Of a DNA stretch of 64,000 bases, positions 10,306 to 20,742 are shown in pieces; position 1 is the stretch's first letter; each line of letters opens with the position of its first letter. The stretch spans positions 50,379 through 114,378 of the forward strand of contig CAZFMQ010000002.1 of assembly GCA_964520295.1 (NCBI GenBank), given 5' to 3'. The stretch is from an uncultured Candidatus Saccharibacteria bacterium. Lineage in GTDB: Bacteria; Patescibacteriota; Minisyncoccia; Phycocordibacterales; EsbW-18. Under the pieces are notes generated by a model. The model made no database searches, had not been told where the DNA came from, and saw nothing but the letters and a program-made list of their open reading frames with translations. The position numbers and the translations under genes were made by a program.

Positions 10306-10397
10306 AGCGCCACTATAGCAAACTTGACAGGTGGCACATATAATGAAATAATCCGAACGGGCAGTTCATCATAAACTACTAGAAAAGGAGGAGAGAC

Positions 10398-10622
10398 ATG
10401 CTTTTGAAGGTGCTTCTCGTAATTGTGGGCGTCATCATCGCAATGGAAGTTGTCGCATGGTTCAGGAAGTGGGTAAGGGAGGTCTACAACAGAGAGGCCA
10501 CCGTATGCCCTGCATGCCAGCGTTTCGACATGTACGAGCGAGACGAGCGCCTCGGAAAATTCATCCTGCACACCTGCGTGGCGTGCGGATACGAAGAATG
10601 GAAAGATGAGGGAAAGGAGTAA
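10398..10622 (+). CDS. Small membrane-anchored zinc-ribbon protein
   Basis: N-terminal hydrophobic helix, CPAC...CVAC; SD AAGGAGGAG upstream. Confidence 0.7.
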   Translation: MLLKVLLVIVGVIIAMEVVAWFRKWVREVYNREATVCPACQRFDMYERDERLGKFILHTCVACGYEEWKDEGKE

Positions 10623-10627
10623 GGGGT

Positions 10628-11059
10628 ATGATGACGGAACTGAAGTACCCCGAGTGGGCTCGTGAACATCTCACACCGCACTTGGAAGTGCAGACGGTCT
10701 CGGATCCAGGCACGGTTGAGCTTTGGGTTCATCCGCGCCAGCGTATCCCGTTCAAGCCATATCTGCACGGATTTGAGCTGTACGGATTCCTGAAGGAAGA
10801 GGGTCTTCTGGAGAGGTCACTCTCATTCGGGGAGTTGAAGTTTCTGGAAGCAAACCCACACCGAATCCCCGTCGACTGGCGCACACAAGGTCTCAATGTA
10901 TACGCGTGGGCATCGGTCGTTCGAGGTGATTGGGGAGATCAGGTACCGTACCTATCGTGCGGTATAGACCCACGGTGTCAAACGCCCCAGGTATTCTGGG
11001 TCGGGATCGCATTCGGAGGCTGGGGTTCAAGTGCACGCGCCGGTCTCCGTGCCGCCTAG
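10628..11059 (+). CDS. Hypothetical protein, Trp/Gly-rich C-terminus
   Basis: 143-aa ORF with SD (AAGGAG/AAGGGG), GC-richer codons, followed by a perfect palindrome. Confidence 0.75.
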   Translation: MMTELKYPEWAREHLTPHLEVQTVSDPGTVELWVHPRQRIPFKPYLHGFELYGFLKEEGLLERSLSFGELKFLEANPHRIPVDWRTQGLNVYAWASVVRGDWGDQVPYLSCGIDPRCQTPQVFWVGIAFGGWGSSARAGLRAA

Positions 11060-11070
11060 TGTAGTTTCTT

Positions 11071-11106
11071 AGAGCCCGAATCCTGACATGTCAGGATTCG
11101 GGCTCT
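11071..11106. terminator. Perfect 36-bp palindrome between convergent genes
   Basis: AGAGCCCGAATCCTGACATGTCAGGATTCGGGCTCT followed by TTCT. Confidence 0.8.
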
Positions 11107-11114
11107 TTCTGTAC

Positions 11115-11756
11115 TTATATTGTGGGCATTGCAAGCGCCACATACTCCAACAACAGTTTCAATGACGAACCGCGACGCAATACGTACGTACGTGTGCGTT
11201 CCAATGCTTTGAGTGCACCACGGTTCGTCTCTACATCTCGCGACAACACTTCTTCCAATGCATTACATAATGCGAGCGCATCATCACGACGTTTTTCTTC
11301 AATGACATCTGCAACACTGTTCATGCGCTCTGAAAACGATTGTTTCAAAAATATCTCTGCCTGTTTTGTGTCGGTTGTGTGTGCACGTTCAGGTGTTAGT
11401 GTGTGCAAGCGCGATTGTAATGTTGGCAACACCACATCATGCGTTGGCACAACAAAAAAGAATGATGTGCGCTGTGGTGGCTCCTCGGTCATTTTCAACA
11501 GTGCGTTCTGGGCTTCGTGGGTTGCCTGTATAAATGAAATAAGCACCACACGGTGGGCATCTTCAGGCACCACAGTGTGCAGGCGATCCCCAACAGCGCG
11601 CACTTCATCCACCGAGAGATGCTGTGCCGCAATGTGATGCATATCGGGATTGCCTGCAGAGATAATCCCCACATCATGCAACTGTGCATGTACATACGCC
11701 GTCAACGTTGCGATATCTCCCGCGAGCAGATATGCATGGTGTTGTGCTACATCCAT
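11115..11756 (-). CDS. holB: DNA polymerase III delta-prime-like subunit (short)
   Basis: HHAYLL, NPD, EAQNALLKMTEEPP, LPTLQSR. Confidence 0.8.
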   Translation of the reverse strand: MDVAQHHAYLLAGDIATLTAYVHAQLHDVGIISAGNPDMHHIAAQHLSVDEVRAVGDRLHTVVPEDAHRVVLISFIQATHEAQNALLKMTEEPPQRTSFFFVVPTHDVVLPTLQSRLHTLTPERAHTTDTKQAEIFLKQSFSERMNSVADVIEEKRRDDALALCNALEEVLSRDVETNRGALKALERTRTYVLRRGSSLKLLLEYVALAMPTI

Positions 11757-11760
11757 ACGC

Positions 11761-12774
11761 CTATCGTTTTGCCACAATTGATTTCTTATAGGTATCTAGG
11801 TGTTGCATGGCGATACCTGTACCTTTCGCCACACAAAGAATTGCTTCGTCTGCAATCTGTGCTTTCACACCCGTCGTGCGGAATACCAATTCAGGAAAAT
11901 TGCGCAACTGCGATGTACCACCGGTCATGGTGATACCCTTTTCAATAATGTCCGCGGCGAGTTCCGGCGGTGTATCTTGGAACACGTCTTTGATAGCGCG
12001 CACCATTTCGCGCAATTCACGACGTACCGCTTTGACGATTTCATTCGTCTGCAAATCCATTTCGCGTGGCAAACCCGTTACGACATCGCGTCCACGTACT
12101 TTCATCACCAAATCTTCCTCAACAGGCACCGCAGAGCCAATGGTGATTTTAATTTGTTCTGCAGTGCGATCGCCAATAGAGAGGTTGTAATTCTTTTTTA
12201 TATAATCAATGATTGCCTGATCAATTTTGTTTCCTGCCACTTTCACCGATGTGCAGGTGACGATACCGCCGAGTGAAATCACGGCGACGTCTGTGGTACC
12301 ACCACCAATATCAACAATCATACGACCTTCAGGGTCTTGAATAGGAATACCTGCACCAATTGCCGCCAAAATCGGCTCCTTGATGATGAACGCTTGTTTT
12401 GCACCCGCACGAATTGCCGCCTCTACAACCGCACGACGCTCCGTTGATGTTACGCCCGCGGGTACAGAAATAAGTACATCCGGTTTCCAAATGTTCCAAC
12501 GTCCTAGTGCTTTGTTGATGAAGTAGCGCAACATTGCTTCCGTCACACGATAATCAGCAATCACCCCGTCTTTCATCGGACGATACGCAACAATGTTGTC
12601 AGGCGTCTTTCCAATCATTTCTTTTGCCCCGTTCCCCACTGCCAAAATTTTATTGTCGTCCATAGACACCGTCACCACCGACGGTTCGTTCAACACAATA
12701 CCTTTTCCAGGTGTGTACACGAGCACGTTCGTTGTGCCCAAATCAATACCCAATTTCTTAGACCAAAATGCCAT
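11761..12774 (-). CDS. mreB: Rod shape-determining actin-like protein
   Basis: GIDLGTTN, EPSVV, DIGGGTTD; start set to MAFWSKK. Confidence 0.96.
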   Translation of the reverse strand: MAFWSKKLGIDLGTTNVLVYTPGKGIVLNEPSVVTVSMDDNKILAVGNGAKEMIGKTPDNIVAYRPMKDGVIADYRVTEAMLRYFINKALGRWNIWKPDVLISVPAGVTSTERRAVVEAAIRAGAKQAFIIKEPILAAIGAGIPIQDPEGRMIVDIGGGTTDVAVISLGGIVTCTSVKVAGNKIDQAIIDYIKKNYNLSIGDRTAEQIKITIGSAVPVEEDLVMKVRGRDVVTGLPREMDLQTNEIVKAVRRELREMVRAIKDVFQDTPPELAADIIEKGITMTGGTSQLRNFPELVFRTTGVKAQIADEAILCVAKGTGIAMQHLDTYKKSIVAKR

Positions 12775-12787
12775 AGGTGCCTGTATG

Positions 12788-14092
12788 CTACAACGTGATG
12801 CGCTCAATGGAAAGCCCGATGCCCTGCATTTTGGCAACGGCGTCCTCATACCCGCGATCTACCCAGTGAATATTGTGAATGAGTGACGTACCTTTTCCGA
12901 CGCTTGCCGCAATAATATACGCCAATCCTGCGCGCAAATCAGGCGTGTACAGCTCGCGACCCGTCAATTTTGCAGGACCTTTTACGAGCGCCTTATGCGG
13001 ATGCACCATAACAACATCGGCACCCATGGACACAAGGTCGGCAGTATACCCCAACCGCCCTTCAAAAATCATTTCTTCAACAACACTTTCACCGTGTGCT
13101 TGTGTGCAAAGGACTAAAAATGGCGATTGTAAGTCAGTGGGAAAACCTGGGTACTCGTGCGTACGAATGCGCAATGGCGACAGTGTGCTGTTACTCTCCG
13201 TGTTGTTGGTAATGGTGATGCTGTCTGCATGCACCGAGAGTAGCACACCCGCCTGTTGCAACATCTGCAATGGCAATTCTAAATCTGCAGGATTGCAATT
13301 CGTTATGGTGAGCTGTTCTGCACACAACGCACCGAGCACCAAATAACTTCCTGCTTCAATACGATCCGGAATAACAAGATGCGCTTCTGCTTGTTGGTAT
13401 GAAAGTGGTATGCCGTTGGTGCCCACAATCGTCAGAGTATTTGTACCGATCCCTTCAATTTGTGCACCTGCCTTTTTTAGAAATACTGCCAAATCAGTCA
13501 CCTCCGGCTCCAATGCTACATTCTTGAGCACAGTAGTGCCGTGCGCCAACACACTTGCCATAAGCAATGTTTCGGTACCCGTTACACTTTGAATAGGAAA
13601 AAAGAATTCACTACCCTTGTACGTATCCGCTTCAACGGTGAATAATGCATCGCTCTCATGCACGGTTGCTCCCGCGGCTTTGTAGCCACTCAAAAATAAA
13701 TCAATCGGACGTTCGCCAATAACGCAACCACCCGGTGATGGAAATGTGACATGGTGCGTACGCGCTAATAATGCACCCGTCAAAATAATGGATGCACGAA
13801 ATTTGTTTGCGATAGCAATATCCAGTGCGCCATGCACTACAGCAGATGCATCAATGGTGATGGAATCGCCGTTGCGCGTCACACGTGCACCCGCACCCTC
13901 CAACAACGCAATCATTTTATCCACATCGGTAATCGCAGGTACGTTTGAAAACGTCACAGGCGTCTGAAAGAGCACGCTACTAGCCAATAATGGAAGCGCA
14001 TTATTCTTTGCTCCGGAAATAGCAATAGTGCCGGAGAGTTTTTTCTCCCCATTGAGCCCCTCAATACGAAACGCATCCTGCTTTGAATCCAT
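12788..14092 (-). CDS. murA: UDP-N-acetylglucosamine 1-carboxyvinyltransferase
   Basis: SGAKN, PGGCVIGERP (active-site Cys), PGFPTDLQ, DLRAG, RGYE. Confidence 0.96.
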   Translation of the reverse strand: MDSKQDAFRIEGLNGEKKLSGTIAISGAKNNALPLLASSVLFQTPVTFSNVPAITDVDKMIALLEGAGARVTRNGDSITIDASAVVHGALDIAIANKFRASIILTGALLARTHHVTFPSPGGCVIGERPIDLFLSGYKAAGATVHESDALFTVEADTYKGSEFFFPIQSVTGTETLLMASVLAHGTTVLKNVALEPEVTDLAVFLKKAGAQIEGIGTNTLTIVGTNGIPLSYQQAEAHLVIPDRIEAGSYLVLGALCAEQLTITNCNPADLELPLQMLQQAGVLLSVHADSITITNNTESNSTLSPLRIRTHEYPGFPTDLQSPFLVLCTQAHGESVVEEMIFEGRLGYTADLVSMGADVVMVHPHKALVKGPAKLTGRELYTPDLRAGLAYIIAASVGKGTSLIHNIHWVDRGYEDAVAKMQGIGLSIERITL

Positions 14093-14123
14093 AGGTTATA
14101 TGCTGGTATCATACCATTGTCGT

Positions 14124-16022
14124 ATGTACATCATCTCTGTTATCCCCGTTATGAAGCGCGCGCCACAGGAAGGCCTGTCGTATTACAGCGCAAAAGAAAT
14201 CCCCATGGGAAGTGTTGTGCGTGTTTCAGTAGGCAAGCGCAAGGTGCATGGTCTCGTGGTAGATGTTGCACATGTCAAACAAGAAAAAACACAAATCAGA
14301 AAGGCCGGATTTGCTCTTAAAAAAATAGAGGGGGTGGTACAACGCAAACCATTTGATCCCCCACTACTCAATGCACTGCAGTCACTTGCTGAACACTACG
14401 CACGCACCATTGGCACCATGTTACATGCGGTACTACCTGAAGCACTTCTTGTAGAATCACTGTCCAGCGGGCAACCTGTAGCCCAACGCAAAACAGATGT
14501 TATTCCTGACATCAAAATTGCCACGGCATCATATGAAGATCGCATCGGACGATACAAATCACTCACACGCGAATCTTTTGCGCGCGAACAGTCGGTGGTG
14601 TGCATCTGCCCTACACAAACAGAAACGGAAACACTTGCAGAACACATCGGCAAAGGTATTGAAGATCGCTTGTTCGTATTTCATAGTCGCCTCACATCAA
14701 AAAAAATAAAGGAGCGCTGGAAGGCGGCACTCAACGCCCCACACCCAGTCGTCATTGTCGGCACCGGTATTTGCGCCACCATCCCACGTCATGACATTGG
14801 ACTGTATGTGCTGGAGCATGAATCATCGCCACACTTCAAACAAAAAGAAACACCATACGTAGATACGCGTGTAGTCGTTGAGTACATTGCGCGCGCACGA
14901 GGATGCGATCTTATTTTAGGTGATGCATATCCGCGTATTGAAACACTGCACCGCTATTTCACGCACGCTATTTCAGATATTGCACGACCAACGATGCGTC
15001 AGGAGTATCGTGCGACAGTAGACATCGTAGATATGCGCGCGCAAAAACGAGACCACGACACACCCATGTCGCTGTTCTCTGATACTGCCATCAATGCTAT
15101 TCAAGAGGCGCGCGCGCAAAAGCGTCGCACCGTGCTCTTTTGTGTACGCAAAGGGTTTGCACCGTTCACCGTATGCCGTGATTGTGGTCAAGTGTACACG
15201 TGCGGTCGGTGCGACGCGCCCATGACACTCTACAACCCCAGTGGTGACGCGCAGCACCGCACCTTTCGTTGCAACCGATGTGGCAAAGTTGAAGATGCAC
15301 AAACACTGTGCGCTACGTGCCGTTCATGGCGATTAGAAAGTTATGGTGTTGGTATTGAACATGTTGCACAACAGGTGCGTGCACAATTCCCTGACGCACT
15401 TTCCTTTGTGGTATCACGTGACGCAACACCAACACCCGCATCTGCGCAACGTGCACTTGATGCATGGGAAAAAACAACGTCAGGCATCCTCTTGGGTACT
15501 GAAATGATGTTACCCCTCCTAACAGGTAGAAACTTTGATGCCATCATCATTGTCTCTTTGGATACGCTCACCTTTCTGCCTGATTTTCGTATGGGCGAAC
15601 GTGTGTTCCATATTGTGTCGCACTGTGCACAGCTGGCACAGAAACACGTCATCGTGCAAACACGCACACCAGAATATGCAGCACTTACCTTCGCTAAAAC
15701 AGGTGATGGCCTCGGCATGTATCGCTATGAAGAAAGTGTTCGCAAAGAGTACGAGTACCCACCATTTTCAGTGTTTATAAAAATAACACGACGTGGAAAA
15801 AAGGAGACGGTCGTTGCCGATCTCACCGAACTACAAAAACTCTTCCCAGAATATCGCGCGACACTCTACCCCGCATTTGTGTCGCGTGTCCACAATATGC
15901 ACATGGCACACCTCCTGCTCTCTATTCCCTCCTCACAGTGGCCTGATCAAAAAGTATCGCGCATACTCCGTGCACTACCACCGCAATATATCATCACCGT
16001 TGAACCTGAAAGTTTGCTATAA
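14124..16022 (+). CDS. priA: Primosomal protein N' (helicase motifs degenerate)
   Basis: N-terminal 3'-DNA binding region, four CxxC pairs (CRDC, CGRC, CNRC, CATC), PDFR, VQTR, YPPF. Confidence 0.88.
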   Translation: MYIISVIPVMKRAPQEGLSYYSAKEIPMGSVVRVSVGKRKVHGLVVDVAHVKQEKTQIRKAGFALKKIEGVVQRKPFDPPLLNALQSLAEHYARTIGTMLHAVLPEALLVESLSSGQPVAQRKTDVIPDIKIATASYEDRIGRYKSLTRESFAREQSVVCICPTQTETETLAEHIGKGIEDRLFVFHSRLTSKKIKERWKAALNAPHPVVIVGTGICATIPRHDIGLYVLEHESSPHFKQKETPYVDTRVVVEYIARARGCDLILGDAYPRIETLHRYFTHAISDIARPTMRQEYRATVDIVDMRAQKRDHDTPMSLFSDTAINAIQEARAQKRRTVLFCVRKGFAPFTVCRDCGQVYTCGRCDAPMTLYNPSGDAQHRTFRCNRCGKVEDAQTLCATCRSWRLESYGVGIEHVAQQVRAQFPDALSFVVSRDATPTPASAQRALDAWEKTTSGILLGTEMMLPLLTGRNFDAIIIVSLDTLTFLPDFRMGERVFHIVSHCAQLAQKHVIVQTRTPEYAALTFAKTGDGLGMYRYEESVRKEYEYPPFSVFIKITRRGKKETVVADLTELQKLFPEYRATLYPAFVSRVHNMHMAHLLLSIPSSQWPDQKVSRILRALPPQYIITVEPESLL

Positions 16023-16044
16023 TCCTGTGCTACAATACAACTCA

Positions 16045-17238
16045 ATGAGCAAGGGGCTTTCTACAGAACCATACAAAGGTGTTCGGGATTTCTTTCCCGA
16101 TGATATGGCAGTACAACAGTATATTTTTGACACATGGCGTTCGGTCGTGCAGCGCTACGGATATGAAGAATACAATGCATCACTGTTGGAACCCACAGAA
16201 CTCTACGCATCAAAAACAAGTGAAGAAATCGTCAACGAACAAACATACACCTTCACCGATCGCGGCGAACGTTCAGTAACCCTACGTCCCGAAATGACAC
16301 CAACCGTTGCGCGCATGATCGCCGCACGCAAGCGCGATCTCGCATTTCCCGTACGCTGGTTTTCAATCCCTAACTGTTTCCGCTATGAGCGCCCACAGCG
16401 CGGTCGCACACGAGAGTTTTGGCAATTGAATGTTGACTGCTTCGGTGCTTCAAATAGTGAAGCAGATGCAGAATTGATTGCCATCGCCTACGACATCATG
16501 ATGGCGTTTGGCGCACAAGAGAGCGATTTTTCTATCCGCATCAACAATCGCGCGCTCCTTGCCAATCTACCACCTGAAGCAGTTCGTCTGTTAGATAAAA
16601 AAGACAAAATGTCTCCTGAAGCATTTGCCGATGCATGGAAACAGTATTCCGACACCCCACTCTCTCTTTCTCCTGATGCTGACACCACTACGGTCATTGA
16701 TGCATTGGCACGGCGCGGTATCAACAACGTGGTATTTGACCCAGGGATCGTGCGTGGTTTTGACTATTACACCGGCACTGTATTTGAAATTTTTGATGCA
16801 CACCCAGAAAATCCACGCTCACTCTTTGGTGGTGGCCGCTACGATAATTTACTTGATGCATTTGGTGCTGATCGCATACCCGCAGTTGGTTTTGGTCTTG
16901 GTGACGTTATCATGCGCGATTTCTTGGAAACACACGCACTGCTTCCAACACCTACATCTACAACCACCGTTATGCTCTGTCCCCTTACACCCGCACACCG
17001 CCCAGCGGCCGACACACTGGCTACTGACCTACGTGCCGCAGGTATTGCTGTGGCGGTGTATTACGGCGACAAAAAAATTGGCGACCAAATCAAAATCGCT
17101 GAGAAAAAGCGCATTCCACACATTATTGCCATTGGCGATGCAGAAGCCGCATCCGCAACGTATACACTCAAAACACTCACTGACGGTGGAGAATTACAAG
17201 GCGACCTCGATACCTTTATCACTCGCTTGAAACAATAG
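16045..17238 (+). CDS. hisS: Histidine--tRNA ligase
   Basis: KGVRDF, LRPEMT, FRYERPQRGRTREFWQ, RGFDYYTG, GGGRYD. Confidence 0.96.
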   Translation: MSKGLSTEPYKGVRDFFPDDMAVQQYIFDTWRSVVQRYGYEEYNASLLEPTELYASKTSEEIVNEQTYTFTDRGERSVTLRPEMTPTVARMIAARKRDLAFPVRWFSIPNCFRYERPQRGRTREFWQLNVDCFGASNSEADAELIAIAYDIMMAFGAQESDFSIRINNRALLANLPPEAVRLLDKKDKMSPEAFADAWKQYSDTPLSLSPDADTTTVIDALARRGINNVVFDPGIVRGFDYYTGTVFEIFDAHPENPRSLFGGGRYDNLLDAFGADRIPAVGFGLGDVIMRDFLETHALLPTPTSTTTVMLCPLTPAHRPAADTLATDLRAAGIAVAVYYGDKKIGDQIKIAEKKRIPHIIAIGDAEAASATYTLKTLTDGGELQGDLDTFITRLKQ

Positions 17239-17243
17239 GTTGT

Positions 17244-17819
17244 ATGCGTACGGTTGTCTTTGACATTGAAACACGGAATCTTTTTTCAGATGTTGGAAAA
17301 AACGACCCCGCACTTTTGGATATCTCTATTGTGGCTGCATACGACTCTGAAACAGATATGTACACATCGTACACACAAGAGGAATTGCCTGCACTGTGGC
17401 CAATTATTGAACGCGCAGATGTGCTCGTTGGATTCAACTCTGACCATTTTGACATTCCCTTGCTCAACAAATACTATCCTGGAGATCTTACCACCATCAA
17501 AAGCATTGATATCATGGTGGCAATAAAAAACGCACTGGGACGCCGATTGTCGTTGGCAAATGTCGCAGGTACCACGCTTGGGTTAAAAAAAAGTGCCGAT
17601 GGCCTTCAGGCCATGCAGTGGTGGAAGGAAGGAAAAATTGACGAAATCAGAAAATATTGTATTCAAGACGTCAAAGTGACCAAAGATCTCTACGAGCACA
17701 TTCTCAAAACAAAAAAGGTATTGTACCGCGATGGCCCCGATAAAAAGGAGCTGACCCTTGACACAACGGGCTGGGAGGAGGGCAATGGGCACACGCTTAC
17801 CTACTCTATGGGTTTTTAG
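17244..17819 (+). CDS. RNase H-like DEDD 3'-5' exonuclease domain protein (YprB-like)
   Basis: FDIET, GFNSDHFD, YCIQDV. Confidence 0.8.
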   Translation: MRTVVFDIETRNLFSDVGKNDPALLDISIVAAYDSETDMYTSYTQEELPALWPIIERADVLVGFNSDHFDIPLLNKYYPGDLTTIKSIDIMVAIKNALGRRLSLANVAGTTLGLKKSADGLQAMQWWKEGKIDEIRKYCIQDVKVTKDLYEHILKTKKVLYRDGPDKKELTLDTTGWEEGNGHTLTYSMGF

Positions 17820-17872
17820 TGCTATACTGAAGGGCTTTTAGTAAAAATATTATTGGTATTTAACTACGAATT

Positions 17873-18565
17873 ATGGAAGGAGAAAATAAATTTTTAATTC
17901 CGTTGGCTATTGTTGTTGCCGGTGTGCTTATTGGAGGCGCAGTGTTCTTCAAGGGTTCATCGTCACCCGTAGCGCCGACCGCAAACGGTACAGCACAAAA
18001 AGTTGATGTTGCGCCATTGTCAGCAGATGATCACGTACTTGGCAATCCAAATGCCAAGATTGTACTCGTGGAGTTCTCTGACTTTGACTGTCCATTTTGT
18101 CAGACTTTTGATACCACCATGCGTCGCTTGATGGATACCTACGGCAAAGATGGTTCAATCGCATGGGTGTATCGTCACTTCCCTATTGATCAGTTGCACC
18201 CAGAGGCACGCGCAAAGGCAGAAGCATCAGAGTGTGTTGCCGCACTTGGTGGTAACGACGCATTCTGGAAGTTTGCAGAAGCAATCTTCACCCGCAGTGG
18301 TGAGACGCTCGCCGACCTTAGTGGTATGGCAGTAGAAGCAGGTGTCAATCAGGCACAATTTGATGCATGTGTTGCCGCAGGTACACACAAACAAACTGTT
18401 GTTGATGATGTTACTGCAGCAGGAAAAGCAGGTGCACGTGGCACACCATACACAGTCATTATTGCGCAAGATGGCACAACATTCCCACTCAACGGTGCTC
18501 TCCCGTACGAGCAGGTAGAGCAAATCATCAAGACATTGCTTGTTGACGATGGTTCAGCGGAATAA
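17873..18565 (+). CDS. DsbA-family thioredoxin-fold protein
   Basis: N-terminal TM, EFSDFDCPFC, YRHFP, GTP cis-Pro loop. Confidence 0.9.
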   Translation: MEGENKFLIPLAIVVAGVLIGGAVFFKGSSSPVAPTANGTAQKVDVAPLSADDHVLGNPNAKIVLVEFSDFDCPFCQTFDTTMRRLMDTYGKDGSIAWVYRHFPIDQLHPEARAKAEASECVAALGGNDAFWKFAEAIFTRSGETLADLSGMAVEAGVNQAQFDACVAAGTHKQTVVDDVTAAGKAGARGTPYTVIIAQDGTTFPLNGALPYEQVEQIIKTLLVDDGSAE

Positions 18566-18574
18566 TTGCAATCG

Positions 18575-18620
18575 CAGAAAAATAAAAAATCCCGAGCAAT
18601 CGGGATTTTTTATTTTTCTG
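18575..18620. terminator. Bidirectional terminator, perfect 21-bp inverted repeat
   Basis: CAGAAAAATAAAAAATCCCGA-GCAA-TCGGGATTTTTTATTTTTCTG between convergent genes. Confidence 0.85.
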
Positions 18621-19428
18621 CCAATTTCCATCGATATATTTCCAGTGAGTTTTTGCCTTCAAACATATCCGACGGATTGGGCAAAAATACTTTGCGAGTA
18701 CGAATATCCTCCGTAGCATCCGCAAGCAGGCGATGAAAGAGTGCAAACTCCGCCTCGTGCTTGCGAAAATCAATCACATGCCGACGCACTTGTGCTTTGC
18801 CATCACGATTTTTGCGCTTCCGACACTCATACACTATAAAACGACGCACGGGGCGCTTGAAATCAGAAAGCACGGTGTAGTAGTTGAAAAGCGCCTGCAC
18901 CATAAAAAGCGGGTTATCGATCTCTACACTACCGAACGAATCCACAAACTTGTGATCAATAATATCAACAGCTTTACTATCTATCCTTGACTGCACCACC
19001 AAATCCGAAACCGCTTTGACGGGAATGGCGATACCAGGGATATGTGCGTATGTTTTATGCTCAATAGCAAGCACTTTGTGCTTTGGTGGTTTTTCTAGAT
19101 AAAAACCGATTGCCTGCGTATATTCGCGCGCCATCTGTGCACGACGTTCTTTTTTCCCGCGCACTGATTTCGTTTTGCCAAAATTAATTTCAAAATCAGG
19201 CACTGATCTGAGGTACTCCAATCCTAGTGCCACTGCAGCATCCTTTGGCAGCCCGCCGTAGTAGTGTTCCAACGCTTTGTGTGCCGCGCGCCCAATCACC
19301 GATGCAGGGTTACTCGGTACATCGTACACATGCTCCACATAACGCTTGTGCCATGCCAATGGATTGCGCAAATAGGCAACTAAAGAAGAATAACTCCAGT
19401 ACTCAATCGGATATTTCCTGCGACTCAT
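18610..19428 (-). CDS. PD-(D/E)XK nuclease family protein (RecB/AddB-like nuclease domain)
   Basis: SYSSL..Y..NP, GRAAHKALE, SDLVV...IIDHK, Q...Y. Confidence 0.8.
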   Translation of the reverse strand: MSRRKYPIEYWSYSSLVAYLRNPLAWHKRYVEHVYDVPSNPASVIGRAAHKALEHYYGGLPKDAAVALGLEYLRSVPDFEINFGKTKSVRGKKERRAQMAREYTQAIGFYLEKPPKHKVLAIEHKTYAHIPGIAIPVKAVSDLVVQSRIDSKAVDIIDHKFVDSFGSVEIDNPLFMVQALFNYYTVLSDFKRPVRRFIVYECRKRKNRDGKAQVRRHVIDFRKHEAEFALFHRLLADATEDIRTRKVFLPNPSDMFEGKNSLEIYRWKLAEK

Positions 19429-19458
19429 GCATACAGTATACCAGCCCAAAAACTATAC

Positions 19459-20721
19459 CTAATAATTTTTGAGTTGTTGGGCTTTCTGATGATGACGGAT
19501 TTTTTCGTGCGCTTTTGCTTCAATCTGACGAATACGTTCACGCGTCACACCGAACTCCTTCCCTACTTCTTCAAGCGTGTGAGCAACACCATCGGCAAGT
19601 CCATTGCGCAATTCTAAAATCTTACGTTCCTTTGGAGACAGTTCATTGAGCACTTCACGAATGTGCTCTGCCAAAATACGTTGTGATGCTTCTTTATCAG
19701 GTGATGGCATCTGATCATCGGCAACAAAGTCACCAAGCGTTGAACCTTTCTCATCATCATCACCAACGGGTAATTCTAATGAAACCGTGTTTTGGTTGAT
19801 TTGCTGAATGTGGTGAATCTTCTCTACGTCCATATCCATTTCCACTGCAATCTCTTCTGGCAGCGGTTCACGCCCCAAATCTTGCGCCAAACGGCGCACG
19901 ATGCGTTTGTATTTTGCAATCGTCTCCACCATGTGCACAGGAATACGAATGGTGCGTGATTGATCGGCAATGGCACGCGTTACTGCCTGGCGAATCCACC
20001 ATGTCGCATACGTTGAAAACTTAAAACCTTTTGACCAATCAAACTTCTCCACTGCTTTGAAGAGACCAATGTTTCCCTCTTGAATGAGGTCTAGGAGTGT
20101 GAGATTAGAACTGCGATTAGCATACTTCTTTGCAATAGACACCACAAGACGCAAGTTGGCACGCGCAAGAATATTTTTTGCCTCTTCATCACCCTGCTCA
20201 ATGCGCTTTGCCAAATCACGCTCTTGTGCCGCTGAAATGAGATCGTACTTACCGATTTCACGCAGGTACATCTGAATAGAATCAAAACGGGCATCCTCTT
20301 TGTGATACACATTTTTTTCATCCTCTCCACCACCCAAATCAAGCAGACCACCACCTTCAATCACATCCACACCCTCGCTCTCAAGACGGTCATACACCTC
20401 TTCAAGTAACAACACGTTATCCTCAATTGTTGGCAACTCTTTGAGAATTTCATCATACGTCACAAAACCACGCTCTTTACCGCGCGCGTACAGTTTTTCT
20501 GCTTTTTCGCGCATCGCTACATCGCGCTTAGACAGCTTCTTTGGTGCCGGCTCTTTCACCTTGACCACCTTTTTTGCTTTTACCTTTACCTTTGGTTTTG
20601 ATTTTGCTTTCGGTTTTGCTGTCTTTTTTACTTTTGTCTTTTTAACTACACGCGATGGTTTACGTGCAGGTTTCTTGGTGCTTTTCTTTGTTGTTTTTTT
20701 TGAGCGTGCTGTTTTTTTCAT
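19459..20721 (-). CDS. rpoD: Primary sigma factor with Lys-rich N-terminal extension
   Basis: [64 protein letters not shown]. Confidence 0.96.
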   Translation of the reverse strand: MKKTARSKKTTKKSTKKPARKPSRVVKKTKVKKTAKPKAKSKPKVKVKAKKVVKVKEPAPKKLSKRDVAMREKAEKLYARGKERGFVTYDEILKELPTIEDNVLLLEEVYDRLESEGVDVIEGGGLLDLGGGEDEKNVYHKEDARFDSIQMYLREIGKYDLISAAQERDLAKRIEQGDEEAKNILARANLRLVVSIAKKYANRSSNLTLLDLIQEGNIGLFKAVEKFDWSKGFKFSTYATWWIRQAVTRAIADQSRTIRIPVHMVETIAKYKRIVRRLAQDLGREPLPEEIAVEMDMDVEKIHHIQQINQNTVSLELPVGDDDEKGSTLGDFVADDQMPSPDKEASQRILAEHIREVLNELSPKERKILELRNGLADGVAHTLEEVGKEFGVTRERIRQIEAKAHEKIRHHQKAQQLKNY

Positions 20722-20742
20722 AAAATGGGTGTGATTTTTTTA

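Noticed and set aside
18610-19428. Cas4 or CRISPR association of the PD-(D/E)XK nuclease
   Set aside because: Lacks the four Fe-S cysteines; no repeat-spacer array or cas genes seen in the window
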